Source of the DNA: Candidatus Saccharimonadota bacterium
GTDB taxonomy: Archaea; Micrarchaeota; Micrarchaeia; Micrarchaeales; Micrarchaeaceae
Reading direction: 5' to 3'
DNA length: 32,000 bases
NCBI GenBank assembly: GCA_963705375.1
Contig: OY970071.1
Location: 780,001-812,000, forward strand
Position numbers and translations under genes: made by a program. The notes beneath the pieces are model-generated. The model made no database searches. It was not told the DNA's origin and saw only the letters and a list, made by a program, of their open reading frames with translations. Of this stretch, positions 1 to 9,314 are shown one piece after another. How positions within the stretch are numbered: position 1 is the stretch's first letter; the number at the start of each line of letters is the position of its first letter.

Positions 1-2117
1 GATCCGTAGACGGTGACCCTCCTGCCGCGATGAGATACACAGAGGTGCGTCTTTCAACAATCGCCGAAGAGGTGCTTTCTGATTTGGAAAAGAAAACGGT
101 CAAATTCATTCCAAACTTCGATAACACAGAGGAAGAGCCCACAATAATGCCTTCGAGGATTCCAAACCTGCTTCTAAACGGCGCAGCGGGAATAGCTGTC
201 GGTGTGGCTACAAGCATAATGCCCCACAATCTCTCTGAACTGTGCGACGCAATAAACGCATATGTGGACAACCCGGAGATAAACAACGAAGGACTGCTAA
301 ACTATGTGAAGGCGCCAGACTTTCCTACAGGGGGCACGGTGTTCCACAACACACATCTTACGGAGTCATATCTTACGGGCCGTGGCACTGTCACCATCAA
401 AGGGACTGCAATAATCGAGGAGAAGAACAATAGGCAATCCATAATAATAACAGAGATACCTTACACTGTCAACAAATCCCTTCTTGTTGAAAGCATTGCG
501 CACCTGGTTTCAGAGAAGAAGCTAGTCGGAATCTCTGACCTTCGCGACGAAAGCGGCAAGGAAGGCATGCGCATTGTTATTGACCTGAAGCCCGGCACTG
601 CTTCCGACAGTGTCCTGAATTTCCTATATGCTCACACACAGCTCCAGATATCCCTGCCTGTCATGAACATAGCCATACTGGGCAACAGTCTTGTCACGCT
701 GAACCTCAAGCAGTACTTCAAGACATTCGTCTCATACCGCCAGGAAGTGATAAGAAATAGGTGCAATTACGAGCTTGGAATAGCTCAGGACAAGCGCCAC
801 ATAGTCGAAGGCCTTCTTGTCGCGCTAAACAACATAGACGGCGTCATAGATTTGATAAGGAAGAGCAGGACCTCAAAGGACGCCCAAGCGTCTCTGATAG
901 AACAGTACAAACTCAGTGAAAAGCAAGCTAATGCGATACTCGAGATGCGGCTGAGCAGGCTCACAAGCATGGAGGTGGAAGAGCTCAACCATGACCGGGA
1001 AACGCTCACAAAAGAGATAGACTCACTGCAGAAGACACTATCCGATGAACGCAATATCCTTCAGATCGTCAAGGACGAAACAGCAGAGATAAAAAGAAAG
1101 TACGGAAGGCCACGGCGCACCAACATAGATTATAATGCCGCTGTTCAAGAATTCACTAGAGAGGATATGATAGTGGATGAAGAGACAACAGTCATACTTA
1201 CAAAGAAGAACTACATAAAGAGGCTGCCCACCAGTGCATACAAGGAGCAGGGGCGCGGAGGCAAGGGCATCATAGCCATAGAGTTAAACGAGGGCGACTT
1301 CGTCAAATCCGTGGTGCCGTGCATGCTCAAAGACTACCTGCTGTTGGTTTCCAACAAGGGCAGGGCATACTGGCTCAAGGCGTACATGGTTCCTCAGGAA
1401 GGCAGGTATGGGATGGGCAAGGCCATAGTTAACTTGGTGAAGCTGGGCGAAGGCGAGCGCGTTCACAGCATAATAAACACAAAATCCTTCTCAGGCACAT
1501 ATCTGACGTTCATAACAACAAAGGGCAGGATAAAACGCGTTGCGGCAGAGCGTTTCTCAAGACCAAGGGCAAGCGGAATAATTGCTATACCGCTGCTCGA
1601 CGGCGATGAGCTTGCCGACGTGTGCGTTTCATCAGGTACATTAGAGCTTTTCATAGCGACAAAGCGCGGAAAATCATTGAGATTCACAGAGTCCGGCCTG
1701 CGGCCTATGGGTCGTGTAGCGCACGGCGTAAAGGGCCTGCGCGTTGCGCCCGAAGATTCGGTTGTCAACATAATAGCTGCACGCAAAGGTGATCTTCTAG
1801 CTTCTGTCACGGAACTAGGCTACGGTAAAGTCACCGAAATCGACAAGTATAGGCTTCAGAAGCGTGCAGGCAAGGGCGTCATCAACATGCATCTCAAGGA
1901 AAAAACAGGCAACGTTATAAAAGTGCTGCGCGTGGAAGATGGAGACAATGTGCTGCTAGTGAACTCTAACGGTCTGTCTATAGAGTTCGAAGTTTCGAGC
2001 ATACGAAAGACAGGCAGAAGCGCTAGCGGTGTCAGGCTGATGCGTCTGGAGCGCGGTGTCAAAATAGTTGACGCCCAAGTCATACCCAAGCGCAAAGGCG
2101 TGGCCGAAATCAAATGA
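1..2117 (+). CDS. gyrA: DNA gyrase subunit A, 5'-truncated by the window edge
   Basis: The frame is open from nt 3 and reads SVDGDPPAAMRYTEVRL, the conserved GyrA motif just downstream of the catalytic Tyr region, so the ATG at 30 is internal. Other matches include IPNLLLNG and a GyrA-box-like QGRGGKG, followed by repeated beta-pinwheel blades in the C-terminal domain. Stop codon at 2115-2117. Confidence 0.95.
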   Translation, partial: SVDGDPPAAMRYTEVRLSTIAEEVLSDLEKKTVKFIPNFDNTEEEPTIMPSRIPNLLLNGAAGIAVGVATSIMPHNLSELCDAINAYVDNPEINNEGLLNYVKAPDFPTGGTVFHNTHLTESYLTGRGTVTIKGTAIIEEKNNRQSIIITEIPYTVNKSLLVESIAHLVSEKKLVGISDLRDESGKEGMRIVIDLKPGTASDSVLNFLYAHTQLQISLPVMNIAILGNSLVTLNLKQYFKTFVSYRQEVIRNRCNYELGIAQDKRHIVEGLLVALNNIDGVIDLIRKSRTSKDAQASLIEQYKLSEKQANAILEMRLSRLTSMEVEELNHDRETLTKEIDSLQKTLSDERNILQIVKDETAEIKRKYGRPRRTNIDYNAAVQEFTREDMIVDEETTVILTKKNYIKRLPTSAYKEQGRGGKGIIAIELNEGDFVKSVVPCMLKDYLLLVSNKGRAYWLKAYMVPQEGRYGMGKAIVNLVKLGEGERVHSIINTKSFSGTYLTFITTKGRIKRVAAERFSRPRASGIIAIPLLDGDELADVCVSSGTLELFIATKRGKSLRFTESGLRPMGRVAHGVKGLRVAPEDSVVNIIAARKGDLLASVTELGYGKVTEIDKYRLQKRAGKGVINMHLKEKTGNVIKVLRVEDGDNVLLVNSNGLSIEFEVSSIRKTGRSASGVRLMRLERGVKIVDAQVIPKRKGVAEIK

Positions 2118-2123
2118 CCATTA

Positions 2124-2136
2124 TGTTTTTATTCTT
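2124..2136 (+). terminator. Oligo-T tract (tgtttttattctt) just after the gyrA stop; candidate archaeal terminator
   Basis: The T-run lies 7 nt downstream of the stop codon. Archaeal termination typically uses oligo-T tracts. Confidence 0.3.
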
Positions 2137-2191
2137 GGAACATGCGCATAAATGTGCCGTGCGCTGCCGCTATGCGTTGTGAGTTGATCAT

Positions 2192-2710
2192 ATGATACGT
2201 GTACTTTCGATAGGCAAGGAAACCTACCATAGCAACTACGAGCTGTGCCTAGTCGCAAGAGCGTTTGGGGCGTCTGGATTGGTCTTCTCTTCCCGGAAAG
2301 ATCCTCGATTGACTAAACTGATGCGCCTCAACAACAGCAAATGGGGTGGCAACTTTACTGTGGATTTTGAGAAAGATTATGTGAAAGCTATGGATTGCGG
2401 CAGCAACTACAAGAAGGTGTACCTCACAAGATATGGTGTGCCCTTGCAGGACGTGATCGGAACTCTAAGAACTTACAAGAACCTGCTGCTGATAGTAACG
2501 AGCAAGGAGGCGTTCCATCCCGCATACACAAAAGCCGACTTTAGTGTAAGCATAACGACACAGCCTCATAGCAGCGCTTCTGCAACAGCAGTGTTCCTTC
2601 ACGAGTTCTATAGCGGCAGAGAGCTCGCAATGCGCTTTGAAAATGCGCGTTACAAGATCTTACCTTCAGAGAATGGCGCTCATGTCCAAAAGGTCAGCCG
2701 CAGCAAGTGA
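2192..2710 (+). CDS. trm56: tRNA (cytidine56-2'-O)-methyltransferase, SPOUT family (aTrm56-like)
   Basis: The 172-aa product resembles remembered Pyrococcus aTrm56 along its length: an N-terminal RVLSIG...LVARAFGASGLVF, WGGNF, and a C-terminal ...TQPHSSASATAVFLHEF matching GNQPHSEVAALAV. Confidence 0.7.
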   Translation: MIRVLSIGKETYHSNYELCLVARAFGASGLVFSSRKDPRLTKLMRLNNSKWGGNFTVDFEKDYVKAMDCGSNYKKVYLTRYGVPLQDVIGTLRTYKNLLLIVTSKEAFHPAYTKADFSVSITTQPHSSASATAVFLHEFYSGRELAMRFENARYKILPSENGAHVQKVSRSK

Positions 2711-2741
2711 CAGTGCTATGTTTTCAAGTGACAACAATTTT

Positions 2742-5534
2742 CTATGCAGACCAGTATTTCCTTGTCCTTATGTAGCTCTTTTGTGCCTCAAGTAGATCCA
2801 TGAGAAATAGGTTCTCCTCACGCCTCAACATCAACAATGCCCTTGAAGCCGTTTCTGGGCCTACCCCATAAACAGACAGCGCAACAGCTGCTCTCCCGCC
2901 ATACGAATCAAACAGGCTGGCATACTTCATCATCTCCCTGAATTGCTTGTTTTCCTGGGGGCCCAGCTTCTTTCCGTTCATGCGCTTCTTCACCACTTCC
3001 ACGTATTCCGGCTTGTTTAACGAGACCATCGGGCTGTTACAATTGGGGCAGAGTAGCTTTTTAGATTCGCGTATGTCTGCCAGGCTGCGTGAGAACCGGA
3101 GCCCGCAATACGTGCAAAGCAGTTCTATCTTCTTTGCAAGGACCTGCCCTGCAAAAGCTTCAACAAGTTCGCTGTTGGGCCTGAGCGGAGCAACAAGTTC
3201 CTTTGTGTAGTATGCGGCATCGAGCATTATTCGAGTGATCGGCGATGCAGATTCTAACCTGACCGCTTCGACAGTGATCTTTCCAGAACTGATGCTTCTC
3301 ACGAATTCCCGCAGCGTTTCCATGTCAAAATAGTTCTGCATGATCTCTCTTAACGTCTCTTCATAGGCTGGACTTTCTTTCAGCACTTTTATCAGTCGTT
3401 TTGCCATCGATGCCGATATCGATGCGCTTTTGTCGATTATGCCGAACAGCTTTGCTATCACTATGAACCTGTACCTGAATAGTTCGGTGCTCGTAACCGT
3501 GCCTTCTAGTACTTTCACTATGCTCTCCAGATTCATGCCTTTCAGCATATCAACGAGCTCTGTACCTTTTTCAGTCTCTACGAACACCGAGTATGGCGAT
3601 GCCCTGATGTTTATGCTGCCGCCAATCCGTGAACTGAGTGCGTATGCGAGGAGCCTTGACAGTGCCTCGTTCGCCTGTGTGCCAAGATATGTGTGAAGCA
3701 CAGCACAGTTTTCAAGCAACTCCACAACGACTTTGTTATCTGAAGACGAGAAGCAAGCCCTCTGCCCTTTCAGAATGCGCGCTATCTCTTCGTCGGTGTC
3801 TGTGTCTCCGCAGTGGTTTTCGTCATCGAACCGGCTGATCAGGTGCATGACGCGCTGTGCCACGCCATAGCTCACCGGTATGTCCTCGCCACGCCAGTCG
3901 GGCACCGCGGCCTGTATCTCTGCGCTAGGTTCCACGCTTACAACGTCGTTGTCTATGCTTACGACCTTCCACGGCAGACCTTTTGTAATGAACGTGGACC
4001 CTTCCTCTATGTTGCTAGCCACAAAGCGTTCGTCAAGCATCGCCACGAGCCGGTTGTCTGCAATGCTCCTGATCGCTATTCTCTTTACGTCTGGTATTAC
4101 GCTGAGGTGCTCATAGTAGTACATCCGTGTTCTTGCGCCACTGGTTACTACCCTTCCGTCAAAGCCTATGAGGCTCTGCTTGCTCATGAATGTGAGCAGT
4201 TCGGTGAGTTTATCACTTCCGAAATCCTTGTACAAGAAAGAGCGTCTAATCAACTCGAGTAGCTTATCCAAATCGATTATGCGCTTGTCGAGCGCGATGC
4301 CGCATATCTGGTTTGCAAGCACATCCAGCGCATTAGCGTTTGGCTTGAACGTCTCTATTTTTCCTGCCTTTGCGTTGCTGTACACTGCTATTGCCTCGAT
4401 TGCGTCGAGCGCATTCGTCGCCACAACCGCTCCTCTTGCCACTGCTCTTTCCCTATGGCCGCTTCTTCCAACACGCTGCATCAGGCGCAGGGCTTGCCTT
4501 GGCGATCCATACTGCACGACCAATCCTATGCTGCCTATATCGATGCCGAGTTCGAGCGAGCTTGTCGCTATTATGCTCTTTAGTCTATGCTCCTTGAACG
4601 CGTTCTCTATCGCTATTCTTTCGTCCCGGTCAAGTGAACTGTGATGCACTCCGATGCCCCCAAAGTGCATCTCTTTATCTAGATAGATGAGCCTGCTCCC
4701 CAAAGCCTCAACAACCTGCCTTGTGTTGGCAAACACTAGGGTGGATGTCGATCCGGCGATGTGCGCCGCTATTGTTTCCAATCGTGCGAGCGCGTCGTTG
4801 TCAAGTCCAAATCTTTCAGAGAATTCCTTTAGCGCCCTGCTACGCTTCCGAGGCAGTTCCACCTTTACTTCGATGCCTTTGCGTATGTCAACATCAGCTT
4901 TTACACATTCACGGTCTCCGCAAAGGAAATGCATCGCATAGTTCAGGTCTCCTATGGTGGCACTCAACCCAACCCTCTGGTATCCTGGTGAGAGCTCTTC
5001 AAGTCTCTCAAGTGCGAGCGAGAGCTGCGTACCTCTTTTGCTGTATATGAGCTCGTGCAGTTCGTCAACTACTACTGCTTTTATGTTACGCAAAGCCGTA
5101 CCCATGCTCTTCGTAGGTAGCATGCTCTGCAAAGTTTCCGGAGTGGTTATCAGGAACATGGGTGCCTTTCTCGCCTGTTTAGCCCTTTCGCTCTGCGAAG
5201 TGTCTCCGTGCCTTATCGCGACACTCACGTTCATTGTTGAGCAAAGGCTCTCAAGCCTGCTAAGCATGTCCCTATTCAACGCCCGCAACGGTGTTATGTA
5301 CAATATTTGTACTCCTTCTTTGTTGTTTTGCGCTATAGCATTCAAAAGCGGCAGCACGGCTGCTTCCGTCTTGCCAGAGCCTGTAGGTGCAACAATCAAG
5401 CAATTGCTTCTTCTAGATACTATGGGTATTGCAACTTTTTGAATCTCAGTGTACTCTTTGTACCTGCTCAAAAATTTTTCATATATGTCGGGCAAGAAAA
5501 CACCTGTCTGGTGCGCTTTTGATATTGTTGACAA
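2742..5534 (-). CDS. lhr: Lhr-family (archaeal Lhr2/Hel112-like) superfamily-2 ATP-dependent helicase
   Basis: 930 aa. It has Walker A APTGSGKT, a DExH box VVDELHEL, SAT, and motif VI QRVGRSGHR. A long Lhr-type C-terminal extension carries a CTYCG...CPNC zinc ribbon. Confidence 0.85.
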   Translation of the reverse strand: MSTISKAHQTGVFLPDIYEKFLSRYKEYTEIQKVAIPIVSRRSNCLIVAPTGSGKTEAAVLPLLNAIAQNNKEGVQILYITPLRALNRDMLSRLESLCSTMNVSVAIRHGDTSQSERAKQARKAPMFLITTPETLQSMLPTKSMGTALRNIKAVVVDELHELIYSKRGTQLSLALERLEELSPGYQRVGLSATIGDLNYAMHFLCGDRECVKADVDIRKGIEVKVELPRKRSRALKEFSERFGLDNDALARLETIAAHIAGSTSTLVFANTRQVVEALGSRLIYLDKEMHFGGIGVHHSSLDRDERIAIENAFKEHRLKSIIATSSLELGIDIGSIGLVVQYGSPRQALRLMQRVGRSGHRERAVARGAVVATNALDAIEAIAVYSNAKAGKIETFKPNANALDVLANQICGIALDKRIIDLDKLLELIRRSFLYKDFGSDKLTELLTFMSKQSLIGFDGRVVTSGARTRMYYYEHLSVIPDVKRIAIRSIADNRLVAMLDERFVASNIEEGSTFITKGLPWKVVSIDNDVVSVEPSAEIQAAVPDWRGEDIPVSYGVAQRVMHLISRFDDENHCGDTDTDEEIARILKGQRACFSSSDNKVVVELLENCAVLHTYLGTQANEALSRLLAYALSSRIGGSINIRASPYSVFVETEKGTELVDMLKGMNLESIVKVLEGTVTSTELFRYRFIVIAKLFGIIDKSASISASMAKRLIKVLKESPAYEETLREIMQNYFDMETLREFVRSISSGKITVEAVRLESASPITRIMLDAAYYTKELVAPLRPNSELVEAFAGQVLAKKIELLCTYCGLRFSRSLADIRESKKLLCPNCNSPMVSLNKPEYVEVVKKRMNGKKLGPQENKQFREMMKYASLFDSYGGRAAVALSVYGVGPETASRALLMLRREENLFLMDLLEAQKSYIRTRKYWSA

Positions 5535-5539
5535 GCATG

Positions 5540-7519
5540 CTACTGTGTGTATTTGACTGTTCTGTATCTTGCGTTTAAGGATCTGAAGGCTAGCGCAATT
5601 ATGGCAATACCTGCAAGTATTGCTGCTATGAGTGATGGGGTGATTAAAGTCAAATAGGCATCGGAACCTTCTACAGTGTTTATGCTTTCTGTCAATCCAA
5701 AGTATTTCACATATCCTTTGACATAGCCGTACGGTATGTCTTGCAGTGCCAGATGCCCATTCTTGCCTGTGTACATCACAACCTTGGTGCCGTTCTTGAA
5801 TGTCGCGTTGACAGTTGCGTTCACCGGAGTCCTAAATACGCTCATCGTCGAAATAACAACGTCATAAACGGGTGTTTTGATTCCTATGGTCTCTGGGGCA
5901 TTTACATCCAAAGCATAATTCATAGCCACTATTGTGTTTTTGTAATACATGTATTCTACGTTGTACTTCTTGTTTGCAAACAGAAACAAGCTATCGTTGA
6001 CTATTTTGTTTCCGCTTATGTTGTAATACTCTACATTTATCGAGTTGCCGTAAGCATCTTCGGCTACGAACCTTACCATATATTGCTGGCCGAACTGCGC
6101 ACTTATCGTCATCGGTCTGTCCGCAACTACAAACGTCTTGGCACTGGAATTTCCATTGCTCCATCCCGTGAATGCAAGCCTTGATAGATCTCCTGTCGGA
6201 GCATAAATCCCCTTGATAGATAAGTTCGCCCTGCTGTTTTGGTCGTACCATCCAGTACCTGTAGTGTTTCCATACGAAGAATATGCCGCGATGAAATACT
6301 GGGTGCCCCATTGCACCGCTATGCTTCTAGGTGCGTCCATCAAAACTCTTGTTGGATTGGTGTGCGTACCGTTGCCCCATCCTTCGAACGCAAGCCTTGT
6401 GCCGTTGGATATGTTTATTGGGGTGTTTTCTACACGCAGCGTAGCGGTGCTGTTTGCATTATACCATCCTGCGCCACTGGTGTCGTTGTACTGGTCGTTA
6501 ACATTAAGATAGTACTGCCTCTGCCACAAGGCAGTTTCGGTTATGTTGCCGTCCATGATCACAGTTGCGTTCGTAGCATTGCCAGTGTACGATCCGATTC
6601 CTATGCCTTTCCAGCCTACAAGAATCTCCCTAACATGTGCGCTCGTGTTTATTGCGCTCGGTGCATGTAGCGTCACAGGAACGTACGCAGAATAATTGCC
6701 ACTTCCGGTCAGGTTGGCATACTGAGATACTATGGCAAGCGAGTATCCCAGCTGCCATAGCATCGTTTCTGATTGTGTGGGCAGACCGGATCCCACCTCA
6801 AAATAATTGACGTTATGGTCCACTTCCTGTACGCCATAAACATTTGGCAGTGTTTTTTCGCTTCCTATGCCGTAGCCGATTTGCGAGTATGCGCTAGGGA
6901 TCTGCACGAAGCTGTTTCCGTTATAAAATGTGGCATCCTTAAATCTGACCACTTTCATTACAAAACTGTCTGTTTGCGTCTGGGCGACCTCTGCAATAAT
7001 GCTAGGAGCGTTCTGCCCGGACGACGACGTCCCGAGATTCGCACTTCCTATCTGTTTGTTATCGAAATAGAAGTTCCATGTGTTGCCGTTTGATTTGAAA
7101 GCGTATGTGTTGAATGTTCCGTTGTTTCTGGCCGTTCCGTCCCCGCCTATGCCGCCGTAAAATGTGCTCTCGTCTGATCCTGAAGGAAAATATTCCCAAA
7201 ACCACGTGGGCACTCCTGCATTTATGTATGTTTTGCCGGAGCAACTGGAAGGGCTACAGTATGTGGGGTAATATGCGCTCTGGTTGACTATCTCATAACC
7301 AACTTGTACGAATGCGTCATTCGCAAGGTTTTCGCCAATCCAAAATCCCAGCGATCCGTCTGAAATGTTTTGGTATATTGTTTGGATTGATACACTTGCT
7401 CCGTAGTTCGATGCTGAATTGTCGCCCCCCGAAGCACCGCTCTGCAGCCACACTTGTCCGTGTGCGACGTTTGCAATCACCAACATTGCAAGCAGGACTG
7501 CAGCACTATATCTTTTCAT
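5540..7519 (-). CDS. Secreted, C-terminally membrane-anchored surface glycoprotein with an N-terminal glutamic-peptidase (G1/eqolisin, thermopsin-like) domain and three beta-rich repeats
   Basis: Signal peptide MKRYSAAVLLAMLVIANVAHG. Residues ~55-200 align by eye with scytalidoglutamic peptidase blocks: GFWIGENLANDAFVQVGYEI vs SAWVGIDGDTCETAILQTGVDF, TWFWEYFP vs AWYEWYP, IIAEVA vs AEWIVED, and FKDATFYNG vs FGSVTFTNA. There are about 24 N-x-S/T sequons. A C-terminal TM helix (LITPSLIAAILAGIAIIALAF) is followed by a basic tail. Confidence 0.6.
   Translation of the reverse strand: MKRYSAAVLLAMLVIANVAHGQVWLQSGASGGDNSASNYGASVSIQTIYQNISDGSLGFWIGENLANDAFVQVGYEIVNQSAYYPTYCSPSSCSGKTYINAGVPTWFWEYFPSGSDESTFYGGIGGDGTARNNGTFNTYAFKSNGNTWNFYFDNKQIGSANLGTSSSGQNAPSIIAEVAQTQTDSFVMKVVRFKDATFYNGNSFVQIPSAYSQIGYGIGSEKTLPNVYGVQEVDHNVNYFEVGSGLPTQSETMLWQLGYSLAIVSQYANLTGSGNYSAYVPVTLHAPSAINTSAHVREILVGWKGIGIGSYTGNATNATVIMDGNITETALWQRQYYLNVNDQYNDTSGAGWYNANSTATLRVENTPINISNGTRLAFEGWGNGTHTNPTRVLMDAPRSIAVQWGTQYFIAAYSSYGNTTGTGWYDQNSRANLSIKGIYAPTGDLSRLAFTGWSNGNSSAKTFVVADRPMTISAQFGQQYMVRFVAEDAYGNSINVEYYNISGNKIVNDSLFLFANKKYNVEYMYYKNTIVAMNYALDVNAPETIGIKTPVYDVVISTMSVFRTPVNATVNATFKNGTKVVMYTGKNGHLALQDIPYGYVKGYVKYFGLTESINTVEGSDAYLTLITPSLIAAILAGIAIIALAFRSLNARYRTVKYTQ
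6080..6754 (-). repeat. Three tandem ~75-aa domain repeats inside the surface protein (pattern QY...G.GWY...S.A.L....R.AF.GW.G......P....A.(W/F)G.QY)
   Basis: Protein residues ~256-480. For example, GAGWYNANSTATLRV...RLAFEGWGNG...IAVQWGTQY matches GTGWYDQNSRANLSI...RLAFTGWSNG...ISAQFGQQY. The first copy is more divergent. Confidence 0.6.
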
Positions 7520-8294
7520 AGTCCATCCCCATCCTTTCTAGCTCCTTCAATATTTCTGAACGCTCTTCCGACTTTAGGCTTTTCCACTCTAATATGGCAA
7601 TATCTGCCTTTATGTCTGAACGCTCAACGGCCTGCTCAAGCATATCCATGTGAAAGTTGTATTTAGGCATTATGTGCGCAAAGGCATACTTGCCCTCGAA
7701 TGCAAGCTTGGTGAACTTTTCAGGATAGTGCGTGCCGCCTATGCCTATTGCGACCTTACCATAATCTACTTTGTCTGTTTCCAGGAAGTCCGAAACGGAT
7801 TCTGCAAGTGTTCCTGCTAAGTCTTTACTGCTTATTGCTTGTGCGGTTCCCCCTATCTCCACAAAGAACGAAGGCGCATTTGTGAGTGGCCCGTGATGTG
7901 TCGCCTCATAGGTTATCGGCAGGCTGTCCTGCTTCTTGCGTATTGCATTAAGCATAGATAGCATATTAGCCGGCGAAGATACGCTCAGCTTCTTCGGCTC
8001 GCCTCCAAATCGCGCATCATTCCCCCAGTTTCCTTCTGCATGCACAGTATATGCAGCAACACCTCGCTCGCTGCTGTGCATGCTAAGGAATACCGCAAAA
8101 TCATCTCCTATGGTCTTATCAACGAAATTAGAATCCGTTAAGCTTCCGTGCATCTCAAGCATTCTGGTTTTGCCGAATTTGAAGCTGCTCATGCCCTCTT
8201 CAATACCTGCGTCCTCAAACGGAAGCATGTTCTTCAAAGCCATTGCTATGTTGGTAGATGTCTCCTGATCTGCCGAATATATCAAACACGCCAT
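7506..8294 (-). CDS. dtdA: D-aminoacyl-tRNA deacylase, archaeal DtdA/GEK1 type
   Basis: 262 aa with YEATHHGP...PSFFVEIGG and IGIGGTHYPEKFTKLAFEGKYAFAHIMPKY, matching remembered Pyrococcus DtdA blocks. The 3' end overlaps the downstream surface-protein start by 14 nt. Confidence 0.85.
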   Translation of the reverse strand: MACLIYSADQETSTNIAMALKNMLPFEDAGIEEGMSSFKFGKTRMLEMHGSLTDSNFVDKTIGDDFAVFLSMHSSERGVAAYTVHAEGNWGNDARFGGEPKKLSVSSPANMLSMLNAIRKKQDSLPITYEATHHGPLTNAPSFFVEIGGTAQAISSKDLAGTLAESVSDFLETDKVDYGKVAIGIGGTHYPEKFTKLAFEGKYAFAHIMPKYNFHMDMLEQAVERSDIKADIAILEWKSLKSEERSEILKELERMGMDYEKI

Positions 8295-8350
8295 GCAACT
8301 ATCCTGCTAGAATATAATACTAATCCTCACAACTTTTATATGGTGCACTC
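8295..8350. promoter_or_regulatory. Divergent promoter region between dtdA and nuoA with TATA-like boxes (aatataatac 8311-8320; cttttatat 8332-8340)
   Basis: This 56-bp spacer is AT-rich. The 8311-8320 box lies 31-40 nt upstream of the nuoA GTG start, consistent with short or absent leaders. Confidence 0.35.
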
Positions 8351-8710
8351 GTGCTCTACAATTATTTTGCATTAGCATTTTTTGCCGCATTCGGACTGCT
8401 TCTCCCGGCAGCCTACTTGCTACTGTCAAAACTTTTACGCAACAAAGCCCCAGAAAATCCAGTCAAGAACGCACCATTCGAGAGTGCGGAGGAAAGTATC
8501 GGAAGCGAACGCGTCATAATGCACGAGTACGAGCCATATTTTCTGATCTTTCTTCCATTCGAAATGAGTCTTATTGTGCTGTTCTTTTGGTCGTTCGTAT
8601 CCAGAATAGCTCCAGTAACTGTGGGAATAGCAATCATGACTATCATATCTGTATCTGCTGCACTTGCCCTTTTCGGATATAAGCTGCTGGATGGTACAAA
8701 TGGTGGGTGA
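8351..8710 (+). CDS. nuoA: NADH-quinone oxidoreductase subunit A
   Basis: 119 aa with three predicted TM helices. The loop motif PFESAEE...YF..FLPFE is typical of NuoA/ND3. It uses a GTG start and sits first in a nuoA-B-C-D run. Confidence 0.8.
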   Translation: MLYNYFALAFFAAFGLLLPAAYLLLSKLLRNKAPENPVKNAPFESAEESIGSERVIMHEYEPYFLIFLPFEMSLIVLFFWSFVSRIAPVTVGIAIMTIISVSAALALFGYKLLDGTNGG

Positions 8711-8711
8711 A

Positions 8712-9314
8712 ATGAACTCTCAAAGCCCGCATTTAGACTCGCAACAACAGATGGAACGTCTCAAAGTCGGATTGTCTAAGCACAGCCAGGTGCACACTAA
8801 TGTCATGTTTGCAAAGCTCAGCGACCTCACCAGGTCCATGGCAAAGCCCGTGATAAAATGGAGCAGGGCAAGGTCTCTTTGGCCGATGCAGTTCGATCTT
8901 GCGTGTTGCTCGATAGAGTTGATGGACTTCGGGTCTTCTACGATAGATGCTGAGCGCAAGGGGTATTTTATGTTCAGGAAGACTCCACGACAGACAGATG
9001 TCATGATTGTAGCCGGTTGGGTTACCAAGGCCGTCGCGCCCAAATTGAAGCGCCTATATGAGCAGATGGCGAAACCCAGATATGTCGTTGCGTTTGGAGA
9101 ATGCGCGATATGCGGCGGGCCTTGGTGGGAAAGCTACAACATCTTACAAGGTATAGACCAGATTCTTCCTGTCGATGTGTACGTCGCTGGATGCCCGCCA
9201 AGGCCTGAGAATTTGTTTATGGCGCTGATGAAGCTTCAAGAAAAAATAAGTGGTAAAGTTGTTGGAAATACAAAAAGAAGCATTAGTGAGAACTTTAGAG
9301 GGTCTGAAAAGTAA
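8712..9314 (+). CDS. nuoB: NADH-quinone oxidoreductase subunit B (20 kDa/PSST)
   Basis: SLWPMQFDLACCSIE, GECAICGGPW and GCPPRPE supply the four Cys ligands of cluster N2. I chose the ATG at 8712, 1 nt after the nuoA TGA, rather than the track start at 8664, which would overlap nuoA. Confidence 0.9.
   Translation: MNSQSPHLDSQQQMERLKVGLSKHSQVHTNVMFAKLSDLTRSMAKPVIKWSRARSLWPMQFDLACCSIELMDFGSSTIDAERKGYFMFRKTPRQTDVMIVAGWVTKAVAPKLKRLYEQMAKPRYVVAFGECAICGGPWWESYNILQGIDQILPVDVYVAGCPPRPENLFMALMKLQEKISGKVVGNTKRSISENFRGSEK

Noticed and set aside
8664-8711. The longer NuoB start proposed by the track (MPFSDISCWMVQMVGE...).
   Set aside because: It would overlap the last 47 nt of nuoA. ATG 8712 follows the nuoA TGA by 1 nt and yields a normal NuoB N-terminus.
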